Below are positions 48,178 to 57,999 of a stretch of DNA of 64,000 bases, piece after piece; position 1 is the stretch's first letter; the number at the start of each line of letters is the position of its first letter. Below the pieces are notes generated by a model, which was given only the letters and a program-made list of their open reading frames with translations, was not told the origin of the DNA and searched no databases. The translations under genes and the position numbers were made by a program. The stretch lies in NCBI GenBank assembly GCA_027623675.1, contig JAQBVF010000010.1:1-64000 (forward strand). Reading direction: 5' to 3'. The stretch is from Chloroflexota bacterium. Its GTDB lineage: Bacteria; Chloroflexota; Dehalococcoidia; Lucifugimonadales; UBA3495.

Positions 48178-49827
48178 TCAAACACTCAAGTCCCGACGCT
48201 GGAACCGCCAAACGGCGGCCGCGACTAAGCCGGCCGTGAGCGACGCCAGGACCGCGACATGCCAGCCGTTAAGACCGTGCAACAAGGGTTCGTTGGCCCC
48301 GTAGTAGTAGAGCGGGGTAGCGAATCGAAACGGCTCTAGCCAGCCGATGATGGGATAAAAAGCGTTCAGGAAGTAGGCGGCTAGACCAAGACCGGCGACG
48401 ATCGCCGCGGCCTGCCCCGGACGCCCGGTCGCCGCGCCGGCGAAAAGGGCGGCGGAGCCGAACAACGTACCCAGCACCGCGGCGTTCACGGCCGCCAGCC
48501 CCTCCTTCCCAAGGTCGAGATCGACGCCGACGAACGCCGTGCCAAGCGCGATGCCCAGCCAGGCCAGAGCGCCGATCGTGGCGAAGCCGATCAACATCGC
48601 GGCCCACTTTTCGAGGACCAAGCGGGCCCGGCTCAATGGATTCGCAAGAACGAAGTCGAGCAGGCCCCGCCGCTCCTCACCCGCGATGATGGCGCTGCCC
48701 TGAGTAACACCGTAGATCAACAAGATAATGGGGATGAGGAAACCGAATAGCTCGCCGCTGAGGAATGCCCCCGCCGACTCCAGATCGTACCCGCCGAAAA
48801 GGGCTCGAACTCCTTCCGGCAGGCCTTCCATGACCTCTTTCAGGGATTCCAAGGAAGAGTACGTGGGATAGATCGCGATCATGATGAAACCGAATGCGCC
48901 GATGCCCAGTCCCCATGCCAGCACCCCCAAGCGCTGGGTGGAAAGACTGATTCCAAGCACGCTGCGCAGTGACCAGGAACCTGCCACCCCGGCCGGGAAG
49001 TTCGGGATGCGGCTCAAGAGCGATATGGCGCCGACACCCAGGTCTTTTCGGCGGAAGATTACGGCCGCCGATACCACAAATGCCACTCCGACCGAGGCGA
49101 GAACGCCTACGTGGGCGGCGTCCAGTCCGTTGACGAGGGGTTGGGTCGAGTTGTAATAGTAGATTGGGCTCAGGTACCTTAGTGGCTCCAACCACCAGAC
49201 CATCGTATAGAATGCGTTGATCAGGTAAGCCACCAGACCCAGAGCGGCCATGATGGCGGCAGCCGGGGCCGGGCGTCCGGTTAACGCACTGGCCAACAAA
49301 GCCCCGCTGCCAAATACGAAGCCCAGCAGCGAACCGCTCAGTGTCGCGAGCGCCACGTTCCCCAGATCTATATCGACATCAACTATCAATGTGCCGATGG
49401 CGACACCGGCCCAGAGAAATAGTCCGATAGCAGCGAATCCCACCAGTAGGGCCGCGGCCTTCTCGACGAGAACGCGTTCCCTGGCGATCGGGTTGGCTAA
49501 CATGAAGTCCAGCAGGCCGCGCTCCTCTTCGCCGGCGAGCATCGACGCCCCGCGGGTAGCGCCGTACACGATCATCATGATCGGGACGATCAGGCCGAAC
49601 AGTTCTATGTTCAGCCAACCCTCGGCAGAGCCGAAGTCGATCTGACCGCCGACCAGGGCCACGAATCCCTCCGGCAGCTCGGCAAGAACGTCGGTCAGCA
49701 CGGTTGAATCGCCGAACGATGGGTAGATCGCCACCTCCAATGCGCCAAATAACCCAAGACCCAGACCCCAAGCCAGGACCGGCCAGCGCTGGGCGTAAAG
49801 GCTGATCCCGAAAACGCTACGCAGCAT
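48178..49827 (-). CDS. ABC-2 type permease with two tandem permease domains
   Basis: Both halves carry LRSV.GISL..QR..VLAWGLG and AGEE.RGLLDF.LANP. Confidence 0.88.
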   Translation of the reverse strand: MLRSVFGISLYAQRWPVLAWGLGLGLFGALEVAIYPSFGDSTVLTDVLAELPEGFVALVGGQIDFGSAEGWLNIELFGLIVPIMMIVYGATRGASMLAGEEERGLLDFMLANPIARERVLVEKAAALLVGFAAIGLFLWAGVAIGTLIVDVDIDLGNVALATLSGSLLGFVFGSGALLASALTGRPAPAAAIMAALGLVAYLINAFYTMVWWLEPLRYLSPIYYYNSTQPLVNGLDAAHVGVLASVGVAFVVSAAVIFRRKDLGVGAISLLSRIPNFPAGVAGSWSLRSVLGISLSTQRLGVLAWGLGIGAFGFIMIAIYPTYSSLESLKEVMEGLPEGVRALFGGYDLESAGAFLSGELFGFLIPIILLIYGVTQGSAIIAGEERRGLLDFVLANPLSRARLVLEKWAAMLIGFATIGALAWLGIALGTAFVGVDLDLGKEGLAAVNAAVLGTLFGSAALFAGAATGRPGQAAAIVAGLGLAAYFLNAFYPIIGWLEPFRFATPLYYYGANEPLLHGLNGWHVAVLASLTAGLVAAAVWRFQRRDLSV

Positions 49828-50758
49828 GGTCCTCCTCCTTTTCGTAAAATTCTAAAAACACCTCCTCAAGATCGGGCTCATGGGTCAAGACATTCACTAG
49901 GCCATATCCGGATGCTGTGCTCAGGACATCGCCGATGGCTCCCGCCATGGTCAGCTCGACAAACCCGTCATGGCCGGTGGCCCGCAACACTCCTTCCACC
50001 GCGTCAAAGACCCGTGGCGACACCGGCGACGAGAATTCCAACTCCACTCGGCGCACCGATTTCTTAGTTAGGGCGGCGATCTCTTCAACCGCAGTCAAAT
50101 GACCATCCTTGATTATTCCTACCCGATCACAGATCGCTTCTATCTCCGGGAGGATGTGGGAGGAAACGAACACGGTCCGGCCCTCGCTTTTTACTTCGGC
50201 GATACACCGGTTGAACTCTCTTTGCACCAACGGGTCGAGGCCGCTGGTCGGCTCATCGAGGATGAGGACGTCGGGCCGGTTCATGATCGCCTGAATGACC
50301 CCGACCTTCTGCCGGTTGCCCTTGGAGAGCGAGCGAATCTTTCGGGAGGGATCCAAGTTGAACCGTTCGATGAGCCCTTGAAGGTAGACACGGTCGACTC
50401 CGCCCCGCAAAGACGCGATGAAATCGATGACTTGCCCACCGGTGAGATCGTCATAGGTGACAAAGTCCCCTGCCAGGTAGCCGACCCGGCGGTGCAGGGC
50501 TACGCTGTCAGCCTGGGTGTCCAGCCCTAGAATCCTGGCCGAACCCCGTGTCGGTCTCAGGAACCCCAACAACAGCCGGATCGTCGTCGACTTGCCGGCC
50601 CCGTTAGGGCCAAGGAACCCAAACACTTCACCCCGCCGCACCGTCAGATCGAGATCCTCAACACCCACCGCTTTGCCATAGAACTTGGTCAAACCGCGAA
50701 TCTCGATGGCGTTGTCCGAGTCCGGTGTCTGGGCTGGGTAACGATCGCTTCTGACCAT
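49817..50758 (-). CDS. ABC transporter ATP-binding protein
   Basis: GPNGAGKS, LSKGNRQK, LDEPT, SSH. Confidence 0.95.
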   Translation of the reverse strand: MVRSDRYPAQTPDSDNAIEIRGLTKFYGKAVGVEDLDLTVRRGEVFGFLGPNGAGKSTTIRLLLGFLRPTRGSARILGLDTQADSVALHRRVGYLAGDFVTYDDLTGGQVIDFIASLRGGVDRVYLQGLIERFNLDPSRKIRSLSKGNRQKVGVIQAIMNRPDVLILDEPTSGLDPLVQREFNRCIAEVKSEGRTVFVSSHILPEIEAICDRVGIIKDGHLTAVEEIAALTKKSVRRVELEFSSPVSPRVFDAVEGVLRATGHDGFVELTMAGAIGDVLSTASGYGLVNVLTHEPDLEEVFLEFYEKEEDHAA

Positions 50759-50936
50759 GGTTAAACCTCCTGATGCTTGTGCCTGCTGGTAGCGGGCCGC
50801 TGCCCCGTGTTAGGGTCCGCGAGCAAGCCCCGGAATCTCTTTGCCGAGCCGGTTTCCCGGCCCCAAGGCGCTTCCGCGAAGCATTCCCAGGGTATTGACG
50901 ATCGCGACACCGGGGGTCTCGCCCGACGATCCGCGA

Positions 50937-53207
50937 TCAGAACTTCCCCTCCCAGAGATGGTTTTCCTGAATCGCAGCTGGATGACACATACGCATCAGG
51001 CGCCGCGCCAGAGGTGAAGCGCCAGGAATCGGCGCACCGTACCCCTCGGGAGCAGGCAGGTCTTCCGGTTCAGCCTCCACATGTAGGCGGGGAAGGATCT
51101 TGTCCAGCCACGCTGGGAACCACCAGTTGCGGCTGCCCAGCAAGTGCATGATCGAGGGCACCAGCACCATCCGGACCAACGCGGCGTCAATGAAGATGGC
51201 CGTCGCCAGTCCGATACCGAACTCCTTGATGACCCTGGCGTCGACGATGATGAAACTCAAGAACACCGAGGTCATGATGGCGCCGGCCGCCAGGATCACC
51301 CGCATGGTGATCGCTTGCCCCCGGGCCACCGCCTCGCCATTGTCCCCGGTCCGCTGGTACTCCTCATGCATTCGGGTGACCAAAAACACCTCGTAGTCCA
51401 TCGACAGCCCAAAGAGGATGGCGAACATCATCATCGGCAGGAAGGACTCCACCGGCCCGGTGCTGTCCACACCCAAGAGCCCGCCCATCCAGCCCCATTG
51501 GAACACCGCGACCAGCACGCCGAACGCGGCCCCGACGGATACCAGGATCATGAGCGCGGCCTTCAGAGGCACCAGGATCGAACGGAACACCGCCGCCAGC
51601 AACACGAAGCTCAGACCGATCACCATGGCAAAGAATAGCGGCATGACCGCTGAGATCTTGTCGGCCACGTCGATGAAAACGGCGGTTGAACCACCCACCA
51701 GAACTTCAGCGTCCTGCCCGGCCACCGCGGCGGGGAGCAGGTGGCGCAGTCCATTGACCAGCGCGTCGGTCGCTTCATCCTGCGGCGAGGTCTTTGGGAT
51801 GACGCTGATGATGGCGGCCGATGAGTCTTGGTTGAACGTTAGGGGAGATACCGCCGCCACCCCTTCCACCTGGCCGATCAGGCCGGGCAAAGTGTTGACC
51901 GTCTCCAATGCGCTGGGGTCGTCGATGCCGATGGCCACCAGGATCTGACCGTTGAACCCCGGCCCAAAGCCTTCGGACTGAAGGTCGTAGGCCCGGCGGG
52001 TTGTTGACGATTCCGGGCCGCTGCCCGCGTCGGCGGAGCCAAGACGAAGGTCCAGGACGGGTGTCGCCAACACGGCGGCGATCGCCAGTCCGCTGATCAA
52101 GAAAACCAGCGGATACCTCTGAATCTTGCGGCTCCAACGCATCGCCACGCTTTTCTCGGTGATGCCGTTCTTGGTGGATAGGCCCGGAATGGTTAAACGG
52201 TCTATCTTGCGCCCCACCAGCTTCAGGATGGCCGGTAGAACAAATACCGCCACGACAACCGTGCAGGCCACCAGAATAGCCGCCGCGGTGCCCAGGTATG
52301 AAACAAAGGGAATGCCGACCGCCCAAAGTCCCAAGAGGGCGATCACCACCACCGACCCGGCGAACAGCACCGACCGGCCCGCTGTTGATGCCGCCTGTAC
52401 GACCGCGTCATCAACGCTGAGTTGCCGCCCCAGCGCCTCCCGGAACCGGTTGACGATCAAAAGAGCGTAGTCGATGCCGACGCCAATGCCGATCATGGCC
52501 CCAAACTGGGTGGTAAAGGAAGGCATGTCCACGAAGGCTGACAAAAGGCTCACGATGATGAAGCCGGGTATCAAGCCCATGAGGGCCGTGATGATGGGCA
52601 GGCCCATGGCCACCACGGAGCCAAATGCGATGAGGAGAATGAATACCGCCGCGACGATGCCCAGCAACTCGGAACTGCCCGGCTCTTCCTGTTCGGCGAC
52701 GCTGGCGACCCCTCCGCCAAGCTCAACCTGAAGGCTTGAGCCGTCGAAACTCTTTCGCAGATCTACCAGTGCGTCAATGCTCGATGTTTCCAGGTCGGTT
52801 GCCTGCACCGCATATTGGGTGGATATACGGGCAATGGTGCCGTCGGCGGAGATCGACCCAGGTTGTTCGAACGGCGAAGATACGCCCACGACCTCAGGCA
52901 AACGGTTCAGGTCGTCCAGCAAAGCCTCGATCTGGGGGCGAATCTCCGGGCTGCGCAGGTCCCCGGGGGCTTTAACCACCACGGTGGCCGTTCCGCCGGC
53001 TTGCTGCGGAAACCGTTCTTGGAGCAGGTCCATGGCCTTTTGGGACTCGGTCCCCGGGATGCTAAAGCTGTCAACGAAGCCGCCGCCGGTGGATGCGACG
53101 AGCCCGATCAGCACCGCCACGATTGCCAGTGCGCCGGCGATGACGCGCCAAGGGTGGTGCGTGGCGAAACGGGGCCATCGTTCGAAACCCAGAGAAGGGT
53201 TCTTCAT
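50937..53207 (-). CDS. MMPL/RND family transporter
   Basis: GIGVGIDYAL, FGLSMDYEVFL, GFGPGFNG, NWWFP.WLD. Confidence 0.92.
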   Translation of the reverse strand: MKNPSLGFERWPRFATHHPWRVIAGALAIVAVLIGLVASTGGGFVDSFSIPGTESQKAMDLLQERFPQQAGGTATVVVKAPGDLRSPEIRPQIEALLDDLNRLPEVVGVSSPFEQPGSISADGTIARISTQYAVQATDLETSSIDALVDLRKSFDGSSLQVELGGGVASVAEQEEPGSSELLGIVAAVFILLIAFGSVVAMGLPIITALMGLIPGFIIVSLLSAFVDMPSFTTQFGAMIGIGVGIDYALLIVNRFREALGRQLSVDDAVVQAASTAGRSVLFAGSVVVIALLGLWAVGIPFVSYLGTAAAILVACTVVVAVFVLPAILKLVGRKIDRLTIPGLSTKNGITEKSVAMRWSRKIQRYPLVFLISGLAIAAVLATPVLDLRLGSADAGSGPESSTTRRAYDLQSEGFGPGFNGQILVAIGIDDPSALETVNTLPGLIGQVEGVAAVSPLTFNQDSSAAIISVIPKTSPQDEATDALVNGLRHLLPAAVAGQDAEVLVGGSTAVFIDVADKISAVMPLFFAMVIGLSFVLLAAVFRSILVPLKAALMILVSVGAAFGVLVAVFQWGWMGGLLGVDSTGPVESFLPMMMFAILFGLSMDYEVFLVTRMHEEYQRTGDNGEAVARGQAITMRVILAAGAIMTSVFLSFIIVDARVIKEFGIGLATAIFIDAALVRMVLVPSIMHLLGSRNWWFPAWLDKILPRLHVEAEPEDLPAPEGYGAPIPGASPLARRLMRMCHPAAIQENHLWEGKF

Positions 53208-53388
53208 TTCCTCAGTTCCTTTCGTTGTTTCTAGTTGTTGTTTCTAGTATTCGCCGCAGATCCAGCTTGGGTCATTAGACGAGGCCGAGTCAGAGGGAAA
53301 AAAATCCCTGAAGGTAACAAGCACTTGGAAAAACGTTCCTGGGTTGGAGGTCAACTACCTAAAGGCAGCGCTAGCTCCCCGGCCAGGA

Positions 53389-53859
53389 TCAACCGGGGTC
53401 CGTAGACACCGTTTCAGCGTCGGCCAATTTCTGGACCGCCGCTAGCAAAATCTCCATCCCCTCCACCACTTTGGCGAGTTCCGCCTCTTCGAGAACTTCA
53501 CCGATGGCCTCGGCCTGATGGTGTCTAACCGCCCAAAGGCGGCTCAACTCCTGTTCGCCGGTCTCGGTCAGGTGGACCACCACCGATCTACGGTCGGTCA
53601 AGTCATGGACCCGCTTGATGAGTCCCTTTTCCTCGATCCGGTCTATGATGGCGGTGGTGGATGAGTAGGTAGTGGCGAGAAAGGCAGCGATGTCGCTCAT
53701 GCGCCGAGGGCCGTTTTGCAAAAGCAGTAATGTGCGTAGCTGCGGCATCGTCAGTTCCACCGCCGACCATTCCTCGGCGGAGCCCGAGCGAGCCATCCTG
53801 GTCATCTCGTTGACCAGTTCCACCAACCGAGTAACGAGGTTTCTTTTGGGAAGTTCCAT
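53389..53859 (-). CDS. MarR family regulator
   Basis: LTMPQLRTL, IDRIEEKGLI.R, DRRSV..LT..G. Confidence 0.9.
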   Translation of the reverse strand: MELPKRNLVTRLVELVNEMTRMARSGSAEEWSAVELTMPQLRTLLLLQNGPRRMSDIAAFLATTYSSTTAIIDRIEEKGLIKRVHDLTDRRSVVVHLTETGEQELSRLWAVRHHQAEAIGEVLEEAELAKVVEGMEILLAAVQKLADAETVSTDPG

Positions 53860-53883
53860 TGTGATTTCGGTGATCTCGCAATA

Positions 53884-53933
53884 ATATTACGTGTAAGACG
53901 TAATATCCTGGCATATATGAATATCCTTGTCAA
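53884..53933 (-). promoter_or_regulatory. sigma70-type promoter with overlapping palindromic operator
   Basis: TTGACA (53933-53928)-17 nt-CAGGAT; ATATTACGT-N5-ACGTAATAT at 53884-53906. Confidence 0.7.
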
Positions 53934-54017
53934 CTATGGCGATCCTATGACCAGGCAGCTTTGATCCCCGGAGACGAGAGGCTGGGGATGGACCGCGAAA
54001 TATCAGAAGGCAAAATA

Positions 54018-54045
54018 AAAAACCGGGATGAAAGTCCCGGTTTTT
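54018..54045. terminator. Intrinsic terminator
   Basis: AAAAACCGGGA / TCCCGGTTTTT hairpin with A/T tracts. Confidence 0.7.
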
Positions 54046-54164
54046 GTGTTCTTCTGGTGGGCCATGCCGTATAGAACCAGCATAACCTTCGGCCTCAGAC
54101 CAAGATAACGATGGGGAGAAGGGGGAAGAGCCGGACGCCACCAGACCTTCCCCACGCTCTCCTT

Positions 54165-54213
54165 CCCAAAATTTCCGGCCCAAAATTTCCGGCCCAAGGC
54201 TTCCGGCCCAAAG
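54165..54213. repeat. 14-bp tandem repeat x3.5
   Basis: CCCAAAATTTCCGG x2, CCCAAGGCTTCCGG, CCCAAAG. Confidence 0.8.
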
Positions 54214-54237
54214 TCTCCCGTTCGTTGATCAGAAACG

Positions 54238-55125
54238 TTACAGCGTCTTGTACCAGGCGGCGATCTCTTGGCCGATCAAGTGCGGGTTGTCCTCTTGGAT
54301 GAAATGACGCCCCGGGCCGATGTCCACCGTCTTGAGATTCTTGTAGTTCTGCTTGACCGTATCCACCATGTCCACAGGGAGGATAGCGCCAGGGTCGGCA
54401 TGGAACAGCAGCTTGGGGATATCGGATTTCTGGAGCTTGGCTGCGTAGGCGCTTACGATCTCGTGGACGTCGGCCGGCTCACCACCGATGGGGATCTCGT
54501 TGGGCCACCGCCAGAGGGGAAGGCGGGTCGATGGGTCGGTGAACGGCTCGCGGATGGCGTCCATTTCGGCGTCGGTAAGCTGGCGCACGACCATCGCCGG
54601 CACGAGCTTCTCGATGAACATATTTTGGTTCACGATCATCTCCCATCCGGCTTCAGGGGTGCGGAATCCCTGGAAGATCTCCTTCACCTCCGCGGGCATC
54701 AAATCCATGCTGGGGATGGGCATCAGGACCGCTTCCATGAAGGCGATGCCCTTCACATTGGACTCGTTGCGCATGGCGTAGTGGAAACCCAGCGCCGAAC
54801 CCCAGTCGTGGATCACCAAAGTGACGTTCTTAAGCCCCATGGCTTCAATGAAACCCTCGACGTACTTAACGTGGTCGACGAACCGGTATTCAATGTCGGG
54901 CTTGTCCGATTTACCGAAACCGATGTTGTCCATCGCGATCGCGCGGGCCACGGGAGACACGTGCGGGATGACGTTTCGCCATAGATAGGACGAGGTCGGC
55001 TGGCCGTGGAGGAAGAGCACCGGGTCGCCCGATCCTTCCTCCACGTAGTGAATCTTTGAGCCAAGCACCTCGATGTAGCGCGACTCGAACGGGAACTCAG
55101 CGGATATGGGTTGTTGTGTGGTCAT
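54238..55125 (-). CDS. dhaA: Haloalkane dehalogenase (HLD-II, DhaA-like)
   Basis: LHGQPTSSYLWRN, IHDWGSALG, FMEA, WPNEIP, HFIQED. Confidence 0.88.
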   Translation of the reverse strand: MTTQQPISAEFPFESRYIEVLGSKIHYVEEGSGDPVLFLHGQPTSSYLWRNVIPHVSPVARAIAMDNIGFGKSDKPDIEYRFVDHVKYVEGFIEAMGLKNVTLVIHDWGSALGFHYAMRNESNVKGIAFMEAVLMPIPSMDLMPAEVKEIFQGFRTPEAGWEMIVNQNMFIEKLVPAMVVRQLTDAEMDAIREPFTDPSTRLPLWRWPNEIPIGGEPADVHEIVSAYAAKLQKSDIPKLLFHADPGAILPVDMVDTVKQNYKNLKTVDIGPGRHFIQEDNPHLIGQEIAAWYKTL

Positions 55126-55351
55126 GTACGACTCCTTGGTTGTTCGCCTTGCGGCTGAATGGTTGCGTTTCGGAGTCCTAGCCCTGTCGCCTGGCGCCGC
55201 TGTGGCGAGGATCGGCTAACATGCTGCACTCCTCTTCGGACTTCCATTACTTTAAGCACGCTGGATAACCGTCTCAATTCCCCATGAGGTAATTGCTTTC
55301 AGCTAGCCCCTGAGCCAAGATGTTGACGACAAGACGCCAAGGTGTGAAGAA

Positions 55352-56161
55352 ATGAGTATCGCAACTCTCAGCCAATCTACGGCCTTTGGACGCCACATGA
55401 AGCGGTGGCGGCGACAGCGTGGACTGAGCCAACTGGATCTGGCCGTTCGGGCGGAGCTATCCCAGCGCTACGTTTCGTTTATCGAAACAGGCCGGTCGAG
55501 GCCGAGGGCGGATGTGGTCCAAAGAGTGGCCGAGGCGCTGCAGGTCCCACTCAGAGACCGCAACATCATGTTGGAGGCGGCGGGCTTGGCGCCTCACTAT
55601 CCAGAGGTGCCCCTTTCGGATGGCGCCGCCGAACCGTTCCGCAACGCCATCCGGACCATGCTCGAATCGCATGAGCCGTATCCTGCCTACGTCATCAACC
55701 GGTGGTGGGAGCTGATCGACGCGAATGTGGCGGGTCGCAGAATCTTCCCCGAGACCGGTGACGGCCCGATAAACCTTGTCGACACCATCCTCGCGCCGGG
55801 GCCGACGCGAGAGTTGTTCGACAACTTCTCAGCCGTGGCGCCGGTGTTCCTTCGTCGCATACAGCGGGAAGTGGCAGACTCAGGCCCAGACGAGCGCCTA
55901 CAAGCGGTGCTGAAACGGGCGGAAAATTATCTGAAGGATCTCCCGGTCGACACCAACGACGCTGAGGACGACCTGGTCATCTGTCCCCACCTTCGGATCG
56001 GAGACCAGGTGATCAAGACCGTCTCCATGGTTGCGCGGTTTGGCACGGCGCGAGATGTAACGCTGGATGAGCTTCGGGTGGAGCTAGTATTCCCCAGAGA
56101 TCAAGAGGCCGACGCCTTCTTCAGGCAGACCGCTCAAATGGCGCAAGACGCCGCGGACTAA
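55352..56161 (+). CDS. XRE-family HTH regulator with MmyB-like ligand-binding domain
   Basis: WRRQRGLSQLDLA, SFIETGRSRP, HEPYPA, FGTARDVTLDELRVE. Confidence 0.9.
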   Translation: MSIATLSQSTAFGRHMKRWRRQRGLSQLDLAVRAELSQRYVSFIETGRSRPRADVVQRVAEALQVPLRDRNIMLEAAGLAPHYPEVPLSDGAAEPFRNAIRTMLESHEPYPAYVINRWWELIDANVAGRRIFPETGDGPINLVDTILAPGPTRELFDNFSAVAPVFLRRIQREVADSGPDERLQAVLKRAENYLKDLPVDTNDAEDDLVICPHLRIGDQVIKTVSMVARFGTARDVTLDELRVELVFPRDQEADAFFRQTAQMAQDAAD

Positions 56162-56382
56162 GGCCGAAATGCAGAGGCTGAGTTGAGTAGGCAATCATGG
56201 CTCAGGGGGCTTCTCTACCCGTCCCGATCAAGGACACCCATGTTGCAGTTGCCGGAGGGCCGGCGTGATGAGCGTTTCCGGTTATTTGCTTAGTCCGGAA
56301 TGGCTCACCTGAGTAGACGCGAACCCCAGAAGGCAGCAGGCGAGGGCAAAGAGGGGAGAAAAGTTCTGGGTTGTGGCAATGA

Positions 56383-56459
56383 TGGTGGGCCTGGATGGAC
56401 TTGAACCAACGACCTCGGTCTTATCAGGACCGCGCTCTAGCCACCTGAGCTACAGGCCC
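56383..56459 (-). tRNA. tRNA-Ile (GAT)
   Basis: GGGCCTGTAGCTCAGGTGGCTAGAGCGCGGTCCTGATAAGACCGAGGTCGTTGGTTCAAGTCCATCCAGGCCCACCA, 77 nt, encoded CCA. Confidence 0.95.
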
Positions 56460-56618
56460 ACATAGTGGGGGAGTGGCCGAAGCCACGCTAGGATTATAAC
56501 GACTGGCTGGGTCACGGGCAAGCTGGCATGGGTAGACACTTTTTCGGACCGCTCCCGCCCAACTTGATGCGGTGAGCCGCCCGCCACCGGTCCGTCGTGT
56601 TCGCCGGGGGAACGCCGG

Positions 56619-57905
56619 TTATGCGTCGGGGCCATCTTCTGAATCACGTGAATCGCGGGCATCCCTGGGCGGTTGTGGCCCACGGCGAGGGTGCGTGGCG
56701 TCGGCAGCGGCGGGCGGTTGAGTTGACGCCCTTGGCGCGCCAGTCCGGCCGGTCGCGGAGGTCTGGCCGACCACATCGGACGCGGGGGATTGGCCGTCGG
56801 CCACCTGAGAGCCCCAGCCGTCGGGGAACTGTAAGGTGCGGACCGGGTAGTTGATGACGACACCCTCTTCTCTGAAGCGCCGGTGCAGGTTCTTGATCAG
56901 GGACGATTGCAGATTGAAGCTGGCGATGCGGTCGCGGGCCTGAATGAACAGCCAGAAGTCCACATTGGACTCCCCAAAAGCGTTGAAGGCGAACCACGAC
57001 CCATATTGGCTAACCGCGTTGTTGTCATTGACCAGTAGGTCGTCCATGACCTCCCGTGAGATATTCTCCACCAGGTCCAGGTCGCTGTCATAGCTGACAC
57101 CGCAGGTCAGGTAGACGTTCACCGCCGGGACCGGCTCCTGGTAGTTGGTGAAGATGGTCTCGGCGAAACGGGCGTTGGGCACCACCACCAGGTTGTTGCC
57201 CCAGGTGCGGATGCGGGTGCTGCGCCAGCCGACCTCCACCACGTACCCGGCCACGCCTCCCTCAAGCTCGATGTAGTCGCCGGTGGAGATGACGCCCTCG
57301 GTCATCACATAGGTGCCGGCGAATAGGTTGGCCAGGGTGGGCTGCAGGGCCAGCGCCACCGCCAGACCGCCGATGCCCAGGCCGGCGATCAGGGGGCTGA
57401 TGTTGATCTCCAGCACGTCCAGAACCAGCAGGGCGCCGATGCTGTAGACGAGCAATACTCCGACCCGCCGTAATAGGGGGAACAGGCGCAGGTCCACCAC
57501 GTGCTGGCTGCGGGTGGACAGGATCGCCAGATACCAGTCGATGGCGCTGGAAAGCAGGCCGACGACCACGGTGATACCCACGACGACCCCCAACGCACGG
57601 GCCACATCGTCGGTCCGGGCTTGCTGGCCGGGGGTCAGGTCGAGGGGAATTGTCAGAGCCAGGTAGCCGCCCAGCACCAGGATTCCGAAGGTGAAGGGCC
57701 AGCGCGCCGACTTGAGCATCCTGGAGTCCAGGTCGGTGGGCGTCCAATTGGTGAAGCGGACCGCGAGAGGAAAAACCAACCGATTGACCACCACCGCCGC
57801 GGCCAGGGTGATGAGGAATAGGACGGCCACGGTGACCGGTTCCAGCCACTGGGGGTCGCCCAGTCCGAATCGGGCAAGTATGGGTGTCACCTTGAGGTAC
57901 GGCAT
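56619..57905 (-). CDS. MscS mechanosensitive channel family protein
   Basis: AGLGIGGLAVALALQPTLAN, GDYIEL, GWRST, VPN. Confidence 0.92.
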   Translation of the reverse strand: MPYLKVTPILARFGLGDPQWLEPVTVAVLFLITLAAAVVVNRLVFPLAVRFTNWTPTDLDSRMLKSARWPFTFGILVLGGYLALTIPLDLTPGQQARTDDVARALGVVVGITVVVGLLSSAIDWYLAILSTRSQHVVDLRLFPLLRRVGVLLVYSIGALLVLDVLEINISPLIAGLGIGGLAVALALQPTLANLFAGTYVMTEGVISTGDYIELEGGVAGYVVEVGWRSTRIRTWGNNLVVVPNARFAETIFTNYQEPVPAVNVYLTCGVSYDSDLDLVENISREVMDDLLVNDNNAVSQYGSWFAFNAFGESNVDFWLFIQARDRIASFNLQSSLIKNLHRRFREEGVVINYPVRTLQFPDGWGSQVADGQSPASDVVGQTSATGRTGAPRASTQPPAAADATHPRRGPQPPRDARDSRDSEDGPDA

Positions 57906-57999
57906 GAAAGGAGGCTACTCATGGCGCTGATCGTGGGAGTCGGGTCCGGGTGGGATGCCCAGGTTTCCAGCGCCGGGAGTATAACATTGTGAGCCAGGG

